64,000 bases of DNA from the human T2T-CHM13v2.0 reference genome, Homo sapiens. A program made the position numbers and the translations under genes. A model generated the notes under the pieces. That model was given only the letters and a program-made list of their open reading frames with translations, was not told the origin of the DNA and searched no databases. Every line of letters starts with the position of its first letter. The stretch's first letter is position 1. Below are positions 1 through 17,028 of this stretch, in pieces. Location: the NCBI RefSeq assembly GCF_009914755.1, contig NC_060927.1. The stretch is one strand, 5' to 3'.

Positions 1-149
1 GACAAAATATTTATAGTCAGCATAAGCCCAGAACTTGGAATGGTCATAATCTCTAAATGGTCCAGAAATACTAGACTGGTCACAGTTCCAGGTCAGAAAC
101 TCTTCGAGTGTAGCTTCTACGTAATTACATGTAGTTTCAAACTGAGGAA
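1..149 (-). CDS. HSPBAP1: HSPBAP1 coding exon 3 (partial, continues beyond the window edge)
   Basis: Minus-strand acceptor cattgcag|TTCCTCAG at 150/149. Translates (V)PQFETTCNYVEATLEEFLTWNCDQSSISGPFRDYDHSKFWAYADYKYFV with no stop, in phase with exon 2. Matches the HSPBAP1 protein as I recall it. Confidence 0.95.
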
Positions 150-276
150 CTGCAATGTAAGAGAATGCAACCTTAAATGTATAATGAACACATTTCCTAA
201 TTATTGTTTTTTTTTTAAAATAAAGATAATTTCAACCAAAAAATTAACTTTGAAGACTAATTAAAAATTCGTGTTG

Positions 277-415
277 AGCCAGGTGTGGTGGTGCATGCCT
301 GTAATCCTAGTTTCTCTGGAGGTTGAGGCAGGAAGATGGCTTGAGCCCAGGAATTTGAGACCAGTCTGTGCAACAGAGCAAAACCCCATCTCCAAAAAAA
401 AATTAATTAAAAAAT
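277..415 (+). mobile_element. Alu monomer (FLAM-like)
   Basis: Single Alu arm followed by an A-rich tail. Confidence 0.75.
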
Positions 416-824
416 TTAAAAATTAATTTGTACTTGTTATATAATGAGTGCCATTTACAAAATTCACAATACTCAGGATTAAACATAAAAGTATAAAGCA
501 GTTTTAACCTTAAGATTAAAGACTACCCTATGAGTAGATTTAATAATCCAAACTTGAGGATTTAGTAAATAAAAACTTGAGGCACCATACAGTTAAATGC
601 AAAATTTTATGCTGCTGACACCTGGAAAAGGCAAAGACCACTAGAGATGAGGGTTGATCAGGAAAGCTTCAATAAAAGATGTATTATCTGTCCACAGTGG
701 CTTGTTATTATGGGTATGACTCCAATGAGTCAAGATTGGAGTCAGTGGATTGACACAAAAACTATTCTAAAAGAATGATGAAATTAATTTTATTTTTGCA
801 ACTTAAATGAACAGAGGAAGTTAA

Positions 825-1244
<420 letters not shown>

Positions 1245-1683
1245 CAATGTTAGGCACTATTATTAGTACTTCTTATCCATTCATATATTTACTTGGAACC
1301 CTTTAAAAGTTAGCTGAATCAGTAGCAGGAAGAGAAGAATATTCACATTCTTCTTTCAACAGCTTTTATCTTTTCTTACGTTTCTGCCTGTAACTGCTTA
1401 GAATTATCCAATAATCTTTTTCCTTTACCTTCTTTTTCCTAAGCCACAGAATGGCAGAGAGGTAATAGAGGCAGGGTGTATGTCAACGAATCATCCTAAT
1501 TCATCCACTTTAACTTGTCACCTCACTTTGAGAAGCAGAAGAACTTAACTAGGGCACATTTATCTAAAAGATTAAAATGTACATATTCAAGAACTATTTA
1601 AATTTTAACAATTTTTGTAAAGCACTTAGTGCCTGGCACATAGTAAACAATCAATATACATAAACTCTTAACATACCAACATT

Positions 1684-1999
<316 letters not shown>

Positions 2000-3039
2000 T
2001 TATCAACTTCATCAAAAATTTACCATAAAAGCACAGAATTACATAAAGTTTAATTTTGACAAACAAAAGTGCATGTGGCAAGAAAGCTGTATGACTCTGG
2101 GAAATAGGAGTCATTTCTAAAAGATTTAAGTAACTCCACTATAAGCCTAAACATATTATACTGTCTTAGGAGTTTTCACTTCCTAGAATTCAGTCCAACT
2201 GAATACTAAAGCCATTAAATGAGCTACTTGCCCCTGGGGCGGACTAAGCAGGACTTTTCTGCTGAGGCCAGCTATCTCAGGCAAGCCTGATTTGCAGCCC
2301 CCAGAAACTGGCCTCATTAGAAGACTTCATTTTCTGTTACAGCAAGCTCTGCACATTAAAAAATGTTAAAACTAAAAATGTAAAAATTACATACGAGAAC
2401 TGTTACTGTCAGGGGAAAATTATCATGAATGGAATGAATGGAAATGACAGATCTTTTCATTTCCATAATGATATAATTTTTTCACTCTTTCCTGGTAGTA
2501 GCATCATTAAAGGTACTGCTCTGATTTTGTTATAATGACAATTTCTTTCTGGGTAGTACAGTTGTTATTCTTAGTTTGTCTTATGCAATGAAATTATTCC
2601 TTTCTAATTTTACCATGATTCTTTCATTTAACGTTGAAGTAGTCTAGGCAACTATAATGTTCATCCTACTTACTGTAAAGTGCTAGGTAAGAAGCTCAAC
2701 TGAGGTCAGGATTTGGCAGTGTTGTACAAGCTGAGCTTGCTTTTAATTATTATAAAAAGGGGTCCTAAAATAGTTTCTGCACAACAGGATAACAACTATT
2801 TCTCCATTTTGTTAAACTTTCATCATTTTACAAATAAGAAATACTACATGATGCATAAACTCTAAACAGGTCTTTCGATCACTCTATCCCCCTGCTTTCA
2901 GATGTTCAGGGTTATTTCTACAACTGCTTGCCAAATTTACTGCCAACTGAGATACAACACTGCCACTGAGCACGTATCTTGGGAAACAAATCTGATCCAA
3001 AATGCTATGTGATGTTCTCTATCTGCTTCCTAAAATAAA

Positions 3040-4100
3040 CTAAGGAACACATGATATTCAAAAATGCCAATTATTAACACTTCTATTTCAAGTATTCTAG
3101 ATAAATTCTAACCAAGACCTAAGACCTAAAACAGAAATAAGAAATACACTCAACAGAGAGGAAACAAAGTTATCCTTACTTTTAAAATCATATGCCTGTC
3201 TAACTAGAAAACCCACAAGACAACAAAAAACTACCTAGGCTAATAAGTAGGTGCACACAATATAAACACACAGAAACAACTGGCTTTTCTCTATGACCAA
3301 TCACAACCAGTTAGAAAACTGTAACAGGCAAAAATATTTCCTTCGTAACAGTTATAATAAATTTACAATATTTTAAGGAATCTGTAGACCTATATAAAAA
3401 CTATAAATCATTTTACTGAGAGCCAAATAGACTTGATAAGTAAAGATAACATGTTCCTGTGTGGGAAGATACAGTATTATAACAATGGGATTAATTAATT
3501 ATAGAGCTTAATGAATTTTCATTTGAAATCCCAACAGGATTTCTTTACAGTGAGAACTTTGTGTAACTCTAAAGTTCATTTAGATGTATAAAATTCAATA
3601 ATATATAAGAAAAAAGAGTAATTAGGGAGGATGAATTGTATATTCAAATATTAAAATACATACCAGAACTAAAATCATGTTTTAAAACTGTTTTACTGGC
3701 CCCCAAACTGGTAGCTTAATATGCGGCCCAAAAACCGATGCTGGAATATACAAGAATATAGTAAAATAATAAAGGTGATTTCCAAAGTCAGTAGGGTAAA
3801 AAATAAATATTCAGTAAATGGTACAGGAATAAAATTTCCAAATTTAGCTATTTGTGTAAAAAAAATTCATTGACTACCATATACCAAAATAAATAAGAAA
3901 TGGATAGTTAAATGTAAAAAAGAAATAATCAATTAGAAAAAAATTATTAGAATATTTCTCTATTTTCAGGATAAAGAAGGAATTTCTGAAGTTAAAATAA
4001 AAATGTTAATAAAGCATTATTTGATTATATAAAAATATAAAACTGTGAAGCTAAAATGAGAAAGCAAACAATAACTAGGAAGCTTATTAGTTAACAACAC
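3040..4100 (+). mobile_element. Old L1 (L1M) ORF2-region fragment, degenerate
   Basis: A-rich L1-like motifs (catgttcctgtgtgggaaga, gaaatcccaacaggattt, cagtaaatggt). Confidence 0.6.
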
Positions 4101-4104
4101 AATC

Positions 4105-5219
<1,115 letters not shown>

Positions 5220-5329
5220 TAAATTTCAGTTTTGGCCAAAGAGTAGCAAAACAGGAACCCTCACATGTTCTGAAAAGAATGTAAATAGAAACCGCCTTCG
5301 TGCAAAGCCCTTAGCTGTATGTTTCAAAG

Positions 5330-6140
5330 TCTTTCATTCTTTCACTTCACAAATTCAATGTCCATTAGGTGCTCAGCCCATGATGAGACGTGGCCCTTGC
5401 CCTCACAGAAGTGACCTTCTTGAGGGGAAGAGACTTTAAACAGGTAATTATACAACCATGTGATTACAACTGTGCTAAGTGTTACTAAGAAATACAAAGT
5501 GTTCTGAGGTAATTGAATAGTCACACCTGATTTGGGGTATGGGGAAGGATAGATTTGGTCAGGAAAAATGACATTTAAGCTAAGATCTGACAGAAGGAGA
5601 TGAATTATTTAGGTAAAGTAGGGGGAAAGGGAAGTGAGAAAAGAGAGGCTAGACACAGGGAACTACATACACATGCAAAGGCCCTGAAGTAGGAAGAAAC
5701 AAAGCCCTGGAAATACAGAAACTGAAAAATGCCTGTCTGGCCTGAGCTCAGGGACAGAAATGATGCTGGGCCTTCCACACCACAATGGACATTTTGGTCT
5801 TTAGCCTAAGCGTAACTGGAAGCCATTTAAGTGTTTTAAGCAGAGAAATAAGATTAGATTTGTTTTCCTAAAAGTCATCTCTGGCTTCAGTATGAGGAAT
5901 GGTGTGGGAAGGGAGGGCAAGGGGTGCAGAGAGACTAGGATGAGGCCACGCAACTATGGAGGTGAGAGACAGCGAGCAGGGTAACGCCCACTAGAGGATG
6001 GCTGTGGAGACAGACAGAAGCAGGCAGATGCTAGATATTTAGGATGTAAGTCACTGAGTCACAAGACACCATTCAAGACAGGCAATCAGAATGATTCAGA
6101 AGTTCTGGTGTAAGAAGCTTCACAGATAGTGTTGCTACTG
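5330..6140 (-). mobile_element. L2 fragment
   Basis: ttcattc 3' end, ccttgccctcac, tgcaaaggccctgaagtagga and ggaagccatt motifs typical of antisense L2. Confidence 0.7.
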
Positions 6141-6499
6141 ATGATAATGCTCATATCCTTTGATCCAGTAACTCTCCTTCTAGGTATCAATCCTAAGGAA
6201 GTAATCAGAAACTGACAAAATCTGTTTGCAAAGATGTTCACTACAGTCTTTTTAAAATTTAAAACTTGTAAGCAATCTAAATCATCAAAACTTTAAAATA
6301 AATTATGATACTACCAAACAATGAAATATTACGTAGCCATTGAAAAATCATACAATCTCAAGAGAAGCTGCTCAGAGTAAAAGAAAAAAAAAAAGCAAGC
6401 TGTGAAAATTAATATAACTTTATTTTTAAAATACAAAAAGGCCTACATGGGCATACCTCAAAATATAACTAGTGATTATCTCTGGGTAGTGGGAACTTT

Positions 6500-7560
<1,061 letters not shown>

Positions 7561-8835
7561 AGAACATCGTCTTTACTAAAAGCTCAGAGTCATTTCTCAC
7601 AACCTCAGAGAGTTATTTTCCTTTTTTTTGTGCTTAAGTATTAACTTGAAAATGTCAAATTACTGTGTCTTATCTATAAAATGGGATAACAGCAGCTCTG
7701 TCCTAAGGTTTTAGGAAGATTAAGAAAGCTAATACCGTATGTGCAAAGTATTCACAATAGTGCCTGAAACAATAGCTTTAAATAAATATTAGCTATTGGT
7801 AGTATTGTGTACTTGGAGTCTAACTAGAATGTGAAAAAATTACTATTTCTATTTTTCTCCAAATGAGTGCCTAACAGACACTTCAGTGAGAGGCAGATTT
7901 CTTTGACTAAAATCAAGAAAGAAAAGGCACAATTTGATTTTTATGTTATTGCTGCTGGTCTAAATTGAATTTTAAACAGTTTGGTCTCTGATTATAATGA
8001 GATGACAAAGAGTTCCAGGTATATTCAACATGCTACACCTGTCACAGGAGTACAAAGGGGTTCCAGACACCAAAAACTAAATAATTCTGTCAGCTATACT
8101 ACAAGGTCGAAATGAGAGAAAGCAGCTTGGAGCAGCAGGAAGGGAAGCTGGGGACTTTTCTAGTTCTCCTAAGCTATTAATAGATATTAATAAGCCACTT
8201 TACCTCAATGCTTAAAAAACTGAAATTCTAGACTACCAAACTTACCCATATTGAAATACAAGTTAAACATCAGAAAAATGATTATAGACTCTCTTAGATT
8301 AGAAACTGTAATTTTAGAGTTAATGGTAAATTACCTAAATTTTAGAGTTAATGGTAATTGCTTTATCTGAAAATAGGGCAAACAAATCAAAATGTTATGA
8401 TTTTGATTTCAGAAAAGAAGAGGCAGAATCTATTTGCTTAAGAGAATAAAAGAGCGAGCTTTACATATGTTTCATGTTTGTGCAATGCAAAACAGGTCAG
8501 TCAGTCAATAAAGCAGAGGGATAAAATTACAACCAAGTAATTATATACAACTATAAATAGTGCCCGAAGCCACAAATAAAAGGACACATTCTACTTGAGT
8601 AAAAAGTGGACGGGACTATTAGATTAGTATTGGTCTAATAGGAACATGAATAAGAGCACATTAACAAATATTTATTTATTAAGTGTCTAACATTTAATGA
8701 ACCACAATAATGTCTAGCAATATACATATAAGATACATGAACAAATACATTTTGTATGGGGTTATAAACTATAGACAAAACAGTCTATAGTTTATACAGA
8801 CAAAAACAAAAAACACTTAAGCCAAACTGTTTTCC

Positions 8836-8948
8836 AAACCTTCCAATAAAATGTTCCTGTATGTGCAGTGAATGGTCAAAAAAAGGATTAGAAAGAAAGG
8901 ATTCTCAAGAGATCAGGAGGCCACTGCTGAGAATGTAGGGATGCTCCT
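8836..8948 (+). repeat. 113-bp dispersed direct repeat, copy 1
   Basis: 111/113 identical to 13718-13830. Confidence 0.93.
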
Positions 8949-8985
8949 GAAGAGACATTATGATGGTGATTACCTATAGTCATAC

Positions 8986-9171
8986 CTGTGCTCATGCTTT
9001 TCATCCCCATTCTGAATCGTATCTGCTTGCCATGAAGGACCTGCGAAAGGTATTTAGCATTCCAGTGTCGTGCTGGCCAATCAAACACCATGTTACAGAA
9101 GATTGCAGGTTGTTGTAAAGACATGATAATTTCTTTTGCTTTCTCTGGCTTAAAAGGTTTGACATGTTCAC
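8986..9171 (-). CDS. HSPBAP1: HSPBAP1 coding exon 2 (186 nt)
   Basis: Acceptor tctttctag|GTGAAC and donor ACAG|gtatga. Encodes (G)EHVKPFKPEKAKEIIMSLQQPAIFCNMVFDWPARHWNAKYLSQVLHGKQIRFRMGMKSMST (core of ORF 8888..9214). Phase 1-1. Confidence 0.96.
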
Positions 9172-9344
9172 CTAGAAAGAGAAATGAATACAGCAATAGA
9201 TAGAAAACTATCAAGTTTTTTCATACAATATGGAGAAAAAATAGCTAATATTGTTTTTATCATGGCAAATCATTCTCTACAATTACAATAATGTATACGT
9301 CATTTACTGCTGTTTATATACACATGTGGCCTCAAAAGACCTAA

Positions 9345-9478
9345 TTCTTTTCTTTTTTTAGATCCAGGGGTATATGTGCAGGTTTGTTACATGGGTATAT
9401 TGTAGAATGCCAAGATTTGGGTTTCTATTGAACCTATCACCCAAATAGTGAGCACAGTACTCAACAGGTAGTTTTTTT
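9345..9478 (-). mobile_element. L1 (L1PB/L1MA-like) 3' end, left piece split by the SVA insertion
   Basis: tatatgtgcaggtttgttacatgggtatattg...cccaaatagtgagcacagtactcaacaggtag is L1 3'UTR antisense. It continues at 12781. Confidence 0.8.
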
Positions 9479-9770
9479 TGTTTTTTTTTTTTTTAATGTG
9501 TATAGTGTTTTCCAAAATACTTACTTAGAAATTATGATTTAACTTATTAACAATAAAAAGTATATATAGTTCCAATTATAAGTTAATACACACACATTAA
9601 ATACAATTTGGAAAATACTGAAAAGAACAAATTGATTGGTTGCCTATAGACTACAAACCAAAAACAACCACTGTTGCATTTCAGTTCCTTCTTTTTTTTA
9701 ACCGTCAAGCTAGACATTTTTATTTTCCAAGGGTATACAAATAGAATTACTACAACCATCCACAGTCTAG

Positions 9771-10090
<320 letters not shown>

Positions 10091-10280
10091 CACACAGTCT
10101 ATGATTTCTAAACATTTAAATATCAATGGTTTCTGGAAGATGCTGTTATCCTTCATAGTTCATTGAAAGTTCACATCCCTTCTGTGAAAGCCAAACTTTT
10201 CTTCGACCTATAAAATTGTCTTTTCAGAAGTCTCATGGGATGTTTTGTTTGCTTCTCCATATTGATCCTTAATGTGATAG

Positions 10281-10601
<321 letters not shown>

Positions 10602-10752
10602 ACATAGATTTCATTTTCTAGTTGAACAATAGTCTGTTCAATCTCATAATTCTTACTGACCAGGGATACCCAATTTGACTCCATTTCTCTCAATTTAGAT
10701 CCAGCGAGTTGCATGTTCTTTCTCTGCCCGTTAAACTCTTGAATATGTTTTC

Positions 10753-10754
10753 TT

Positions 10755-10797
<43 letters not shown>

Positions 10798-12780
10798 TTT
10801 TTTATTGATCATTCTTGGGTGTTTCTCGCAGAGGGGGATCTGGCAGGGTCATAGGACAATAGTGGAGGGAAGGTCAGCAGATAAACAAGTGAACAAAGGT
10901 CTCTGGTTTTCCTAGGCAGAGGACCCTGCGGCCTTCCGCAGTGTTTGTGTCCCTGATTACTTGAGATTAGGGATTGGTGATGACTCTTAACGAGCATGCT
11001 GCCTTCAAGCATCTGTTTAACAAAGCACATCTTGCACCGCCCTTAATCCATTTAACCCTGAGTGGACACAGCACATGTTTCAGAGAGCACAGGGTTGGGG
11101 GTAAGGTCACAGATCAACAGGATACCGAGGCAGAAGAATTTTTCTTAGTACAGAACAAAATGAAAAGTCTCCCATGTATACTTCTTTCTTCACAGACACG
11201 GCAACCATCCGATTTCTCAATCTTTTCCCCACCTTTCCCCCCTTTCCATTCCACAAAACCGCCATTGTCATCATGGCCCGTTCTCAATGAGCTGCTGGGT
11301 ACACCTCCCAGATGGGGTGGCAGCCGGGCAGAGGGGCTCCTCACTTCCCAGTAGGGGCGGCCGGGCAGAGGCGCCCCTCACCTCCCGGACGGGGCGGCTG
11401 GCCGGGCGGGGAGCTGACCCCCCCACCTCCCTCCCGGACGGGGCGGCTGGCCGGGCGGGGGGCTGACCCCCCCACCTCCCTCCCGGACGGGGCGGCTGGC
11501 CGGGCGGGGGGCTGACCCCCCCACCTCCCTCCCGGACGGGGCGGCTGGCCGGGCGGGGGGCTGACCCCCCCACCTCCCTCCCGGACGGGGCGGCTGACCG
11601 GGCGGGGGGCTGACCCCCCACCTCCCTCCTGGACGGGGCGGCTGGCCGGGCAGAGGGGCTCCTCACTTCCCAGTAGGGGCGGCCGGGCAGAGGCGCCCCT
11701 CACCTCCCGGACGGGGCAGCTGGCCGGGCGGGGGCTGACCCCCCCACCTCCCTCCCGGACGGGGCGGCTGGCCGGACGGGGGGCTGAACCCCCAACTCAC
11801 TCCCGGACGGGGCGGCTGGCCAGGCGGGGGGCTGACCCCCCCACATCCCTCCCGGACAGGGCGGCTGGCCAGGCGGGGGGCTGACCCCCCCACCTCCCTC
11901 CCGGACGGGGTGGCTGCCGGGCGGAGAGGCTCCTCACTTCCCAGACCGGGTGGCTGCCGGGCGGAGGGGCTCCTCACTTCTCAGACGGGGCGGCTGCCGG
12001 GCGGAGGGGCTCCTCACTTCTCAGACGGGGCGGTTGCCAGGCAGAGGGTCTCCTCACTTCTCAGACGGGGCGGCCGGGCAGAGACGCTCCTCACTTCCTA
12101 GATGGGGTCGCGGCCGGGCAGAGGCGCTCTCCACATCTCAGACGATGGGCGGCCGGGCAGAGACGCTCCTCACTTCCTAGATGTGATGGCAGCCGGGAAG
12201 AGGCGCTCCTCACTTCCTAGATGGGATGGCGGCCGGGCAGAGAAGCTCCTCACTTTCCAGACTGGGCAGCCGGGCAGAGGGGCTCCTCACATCCCAGACG
12301 ATGGGCGGCCAGGCAGAGACGCTCCTCACTTCCCAGACGGGGTGGCGGCCGGGCAGAGGCTGCAATCTCGGCACTTTGGGAGGCCAAGGCAGGCGGCTGG
12401 GAGGTGGAGGTTGTAGCGAGCCGAGATCACGCCACTGCACTCCAGCCTGGGCACCATTGAGCACTGAGTGAACGAGACTCCGCCTGCAATCCCGGCACCT
12501 CGGGAGGCCGAGGCTGGAGGATCACTCGTGGTTAGGAGCTGGAGACCGGCCCGGCCAACACAGCGAAACCCCGTCTCCACCAAAAAAATACGAAAACCAG
12601 TCAGGCGTGGCGGCGCGTGCCTGCAATCGCAGGCACTCGGCAGGCTGAGGCAGGAGAATCAGGCAGGGAGGTTGCAGTGAGCCGAGATGGCAGCAGTACA
12701 GTCCAGCTTCGGCTTGGCACCAGAGGCAGACCGTAGGAGAGGGAGACCGTGGGGAGACGGAGAGAGAGAGGGAGAGGGAG
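10753..12780 (-). mobile_element. SVA retrotransposon (D-F clade), near full length
   Basis: Short CCCTCT-like hexamer region (~12738-12780), Alu-like domain (~12360-12735), GC-rich VNTR (~11300-12360), SINE-R (~10805-11300), AATAAA at 10801-10806 and a (TAAA)n tail at 10753-10800. Confidence 0.96.
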
Positions 12781-13135
12781 AACAGGTAGTTTTTTTAACC
12801 CTTGCTCCTCTCTCTCCCTCCCCTCTTTTGGAGTTCCCAGTGTTTACTGTTCCCATCTTTATGTCTGTGTGTACTTGATGTTTAGCTCCCACTTATAAGT
12901 GAGAACTTGTGGTATTTGGCTGTTTCTGCATTAATTTAAGATAATGGCTTCCATCTGCATCCATGTTGCTGCAAGGGAAATGATTTTGTTCTTTTTTATG
13001 GCTGTGTAGCATTCCATGGCATATATATATACACACCATATTTTCTTTATCCAATTCACCATTAGTGGGCACCTAGGCAGATTCCATCTCTTTGCTATTG
13101 TGAATAATGCTGTGATAAACACATGAAGGCAGGTG
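12781..13135 (-). mobile_element. L1 (L1PB/L1MA-like) 3' region, right piece
   Basis: tttagctcccacttataagtgagaac...catccatgttgctgc...ttttatggctg. ORF 12931..13122 resembles the L1 ORF2 C-terminus (MFITALFTIAKRWNLPRCP). Confidence 0.85.
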
Positions 13136-13717
13136 AAAAGACCTAATTCTTAAATGATTTTTCTCATACTAAATTTTAAGTGTTTAAATTTTGGTAGATA
13201 TTTACAATATACAATGTCAAAAATGAAACTTTAGTGTTAAAAAAAGGCTTTCCAACTACATCTTCAAATTTTAAAAGATGTGATTTTTTGGAAAATACTA
13301 CTTCCTAAGTAGAGGATTATGTAAGAAATGCTGATGGGAACTACTCTTGAACAACTAGAGTTGCTGGAGTCAGTCACAATTCTACTCGTTATATCACAGG
13401 TTAATGCCAGAAAGACTACTGAGTCAATATAGCAGTCAACCTGGGAGGGGAAATATTATTTTTATTGCAATTTTAAAAGGATAAAAGATGTACTTAGATG
13501 GCAATCAATATTAATCCTTGGTTTCAACTGCATCTATAAACAGTACAGAAGAGCTCTACAAACCAACACTGTAACTTACTATTTAAATAAATTTCACAGA
13601 ATCATAAAATATTAACCTTGGATAGGATAGTAAAGATTAGTAATTTTTGAATTAAAAAACAAGCAAGTTTCTCTTTTAAAGACATCTTAAGAGGGCAAGT
13701 TTTTTGGGAGGTTTAAA

Positions 13718-13830
13718 AAACCTCCCAATAAAATGTTCCTATATGTGCAGTGAATGGTCAAAAAAAGGATTAGAAAGAAAGGATTCTCAAGAGATCAGGA
13801 GGCCACTGCTGAGAATGTAGGGATGCTCCT
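13718..13830 (+). repeat. 113-bp dispersed direct repeat, copy 2
   Basis: 111/113 identical to 8836-8948. Confidence 0.93.
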
Positions 13831-14645
13831 TTATACTCTCTGACCCTCAAAATATATATTTATGATTCTCAAGAACAATCAGCTAACCCTCTATTTTAGT
13901 TACTTTATCTATAATTACACTTAATTCAAAAAATTAAGAAAAATTCTTAAATAATCCAAATTCTTCTATCACCCAACCTTCTTCTCTACGATAAAAGGAA
14001 GAGGGATAGGGAAGGAATCATCAAAGAACTTGAGTAATTTGTGTTTGTCTAAAGGTAAGGCTTGTTTTTAAAGAAACTGAAAACTTAAATCAGTTTGGCC
14101 TCCTTTCTCAGACAAGGACAAAAACTTGGAATCCCTTCTTAAGCCCTCAGTGAAAGTCAGCAGGCTCTAAGCCCTTGGCAGCTGACATTTTGAGAACAAT
14201 CTGTTACCTTCTACACAGTCATCATTCTAAGTGAGGAGGGCAGCGTGGATGCTTAGAAGGGAAAGGCAGAAGACTCAGGGAGTGTGTGCAGTGAGAAAGA
14301 GAAGGCACCCTTGGTCTCACTGAAAAGTAGCCCCTGGTTTATCTTCAGGTGACCTTTACATGGTAAAGAGCCTTGTAAAGGATAACATTATGTGACCAAG
14401 AATACAATTTTCTGTTTTTCCTTGAGATGGTTGCTGTTTGTCGTGTTTTTCACTTTTGACATGTACAGCAACTTTGCATTCAAGTTCTTCATCCTTCCAT
14501 ACAGGCCTATGAATCTAAGTACAAGATTACCTATATTGCAGTGCACCAAATCTTCCTGGACTTGATGTGCCTGGATTCCGCGTGTATGAAAATGAACACC
14601 CACATTTTTTTATTATACGTTTTTAAAGTTTTGCTGTAGACTACT

Positions 14646-15391
<746 letters not shown>

Positions 15392-16456
15392 ACTATGAAA
15401 AGCTATAATATATTCATGATAAATAGTATTCTGTTTTTCATGGGATATAAATTGGAATCATCCTTTGGGAAACAACTGGGAAAAATGAAAGAACTGTTCA
15501 TTATCTCAGTAACTCATGTTAAAGGAATTTACTGTAACAAATAATTAATCATAAGCTATGTACAGCATACACATACACACACACAAATGTCTACTACCAC
15601 ACTATAACAACAAAAAATGTAAACAACCTGATGCCCCAAAGCAGAAAAATATTTACTAAATTATGACAAGGCAATCCCATAGTATACTATATCCACTAAA
15701 AATGAGGGCTGTCTAGAAATATGTAGAGATATGAGGTGGGAAGGGAGAGTTGGACCTGAAGTTGACTCAGAGAGCTATTGCAATAGCCAAGCGATAAGTA
15801 TGATACAGGCCTGAACAACAGGGGTGGCAGTGAGTAAGTCAGATATGGTGAAGATGAAGAAATACTAAGAGAATAATATCAAAGGCTATTACAACCAGAG
15901 ATGTGGGGTGGGAGTCAGATGTAGCCAAAAGACTGAGGTGTCTAGACTTGGTGACTTGCCATAAGAGAAGTCAGGAGCAATAGCTCATTCTTTTGGGAAG
16001 ATGAGTAGCTTGATTTTGAACACAGGCATCATAACAATACCATACATTTAACTGTTTAATGCTTCACTGTTTACAATGCACTTTTACAGACATTAAAAGT
16101 GCTCATGTGATCTTATAAGAAGCCTGTAAAACAGGCAGAGACGGTAATTCATTTCCATTAATTGAAGGAAGAAATGGAAGCTTAGATGTCAGAGGACTGG
16201 AACCAGATTTATCAGGTCCCCTCAGTCCAAGTCCAGTGCTCTTTCCACTGCACAATCCTATTTCTAGAGAATTGACTGTGTGATTTAACTAGGGCTAAAA
16301 ACTCAGAAGAAAAAATATAACCTGAAAGGATACACAGGAAAGCTCAAGATCAATTCATAGATAATCATTCACATGTGCTCCGGGGAGAGAGGAATGTTTT
16401 GAGGAGTGCATGAGTGTATGTGCACGTGCACTCATGGCAGGGAGTGCTAGTTGCCT

Positions 16457-16917
16457 GTGACAAAGACTCTTTGCTTGGCCAAACTTTAGTCAGGCTTTAA
16501 TTCTTCTGCTAGGTCCATCTATGCACTTCCTTGTAAAACCCAGTTTTAGGAAAGAACCTTGCTAAGTCAGTTTAGCAAGAATTGCCCCCATCCCTGATAT
16601 CTGATCAGGTTCTTCACCCCCAACCAACCTCCAGGTGGTATCTGATCACCTTGGCCTGCCTTCAGCAAGAATCCTGTTAGGTTGGTTTTTCCAGATTTCC
16701 CCTTACCCCTGATGTTTCCTCTTAGTAATTTCTTATCCACTGACTCTGCTCCTTGGCTGTAAATTCTCACTTGCCCATGCTGTCTTTGGAGTTGGGCCCA
16801 ATCTCTCTCCCCAGCTGTGGGACCCCGTTACAGTAGTCCTTACATCTATGGTGATGGTCCTGAATAGTCTTCCTTACCATGCCTTAACAAGTGTCACTGA
16901 ATAATTTTTTATTTAAC
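16457..16917 (+). mobile_element. MER31-like solo LTR (ERV1)
   Basis: Begins tgacaaagactct...ccaaactttagtcaggct and contains cagcaagaatcctgttag and cccctgatgtttcctcttagtaattt. Confidence 0.7.
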
Positions 16918-17028
16918 TTCTACTTACCCAATACTCATTCTCTTCTTCCTTACTAAAGAACTTTGGGCAACAGGACTGACTGAAAAATTTTATTTCCCAG
17001 ACTTCTTTGCAGACAGGAGTAGCCAAAT

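Noticed and set aside
717-744. 10-bp hairpin tgactccaat/attggagtca enclosing TGAGTCA (AP-1)
   Set aside because: Short enough to occur by chance, with no supporting context.
8310-8357. 20-bp near-tandem repeat aattttagagttaatggtaa x2
   Set aside because: Ordinary small slippage duplication.
10709-12892. Dense stack of overlapping Pro/Gly/Arg-rich ORFs with repeated units, superficially array- or CRISPR-like
   Set aside because: These are translations of the SVA SINE-R/VNTR/Alu-like domains. The repeats are tandem with no unique spacers.
14330-14610. Non-repetitive, mRNA-like stretch considered as a processed pseudogene or cassette exon
   Set aside because: No recognisable protein in the frames I translated, and no poly(A)/TSD.
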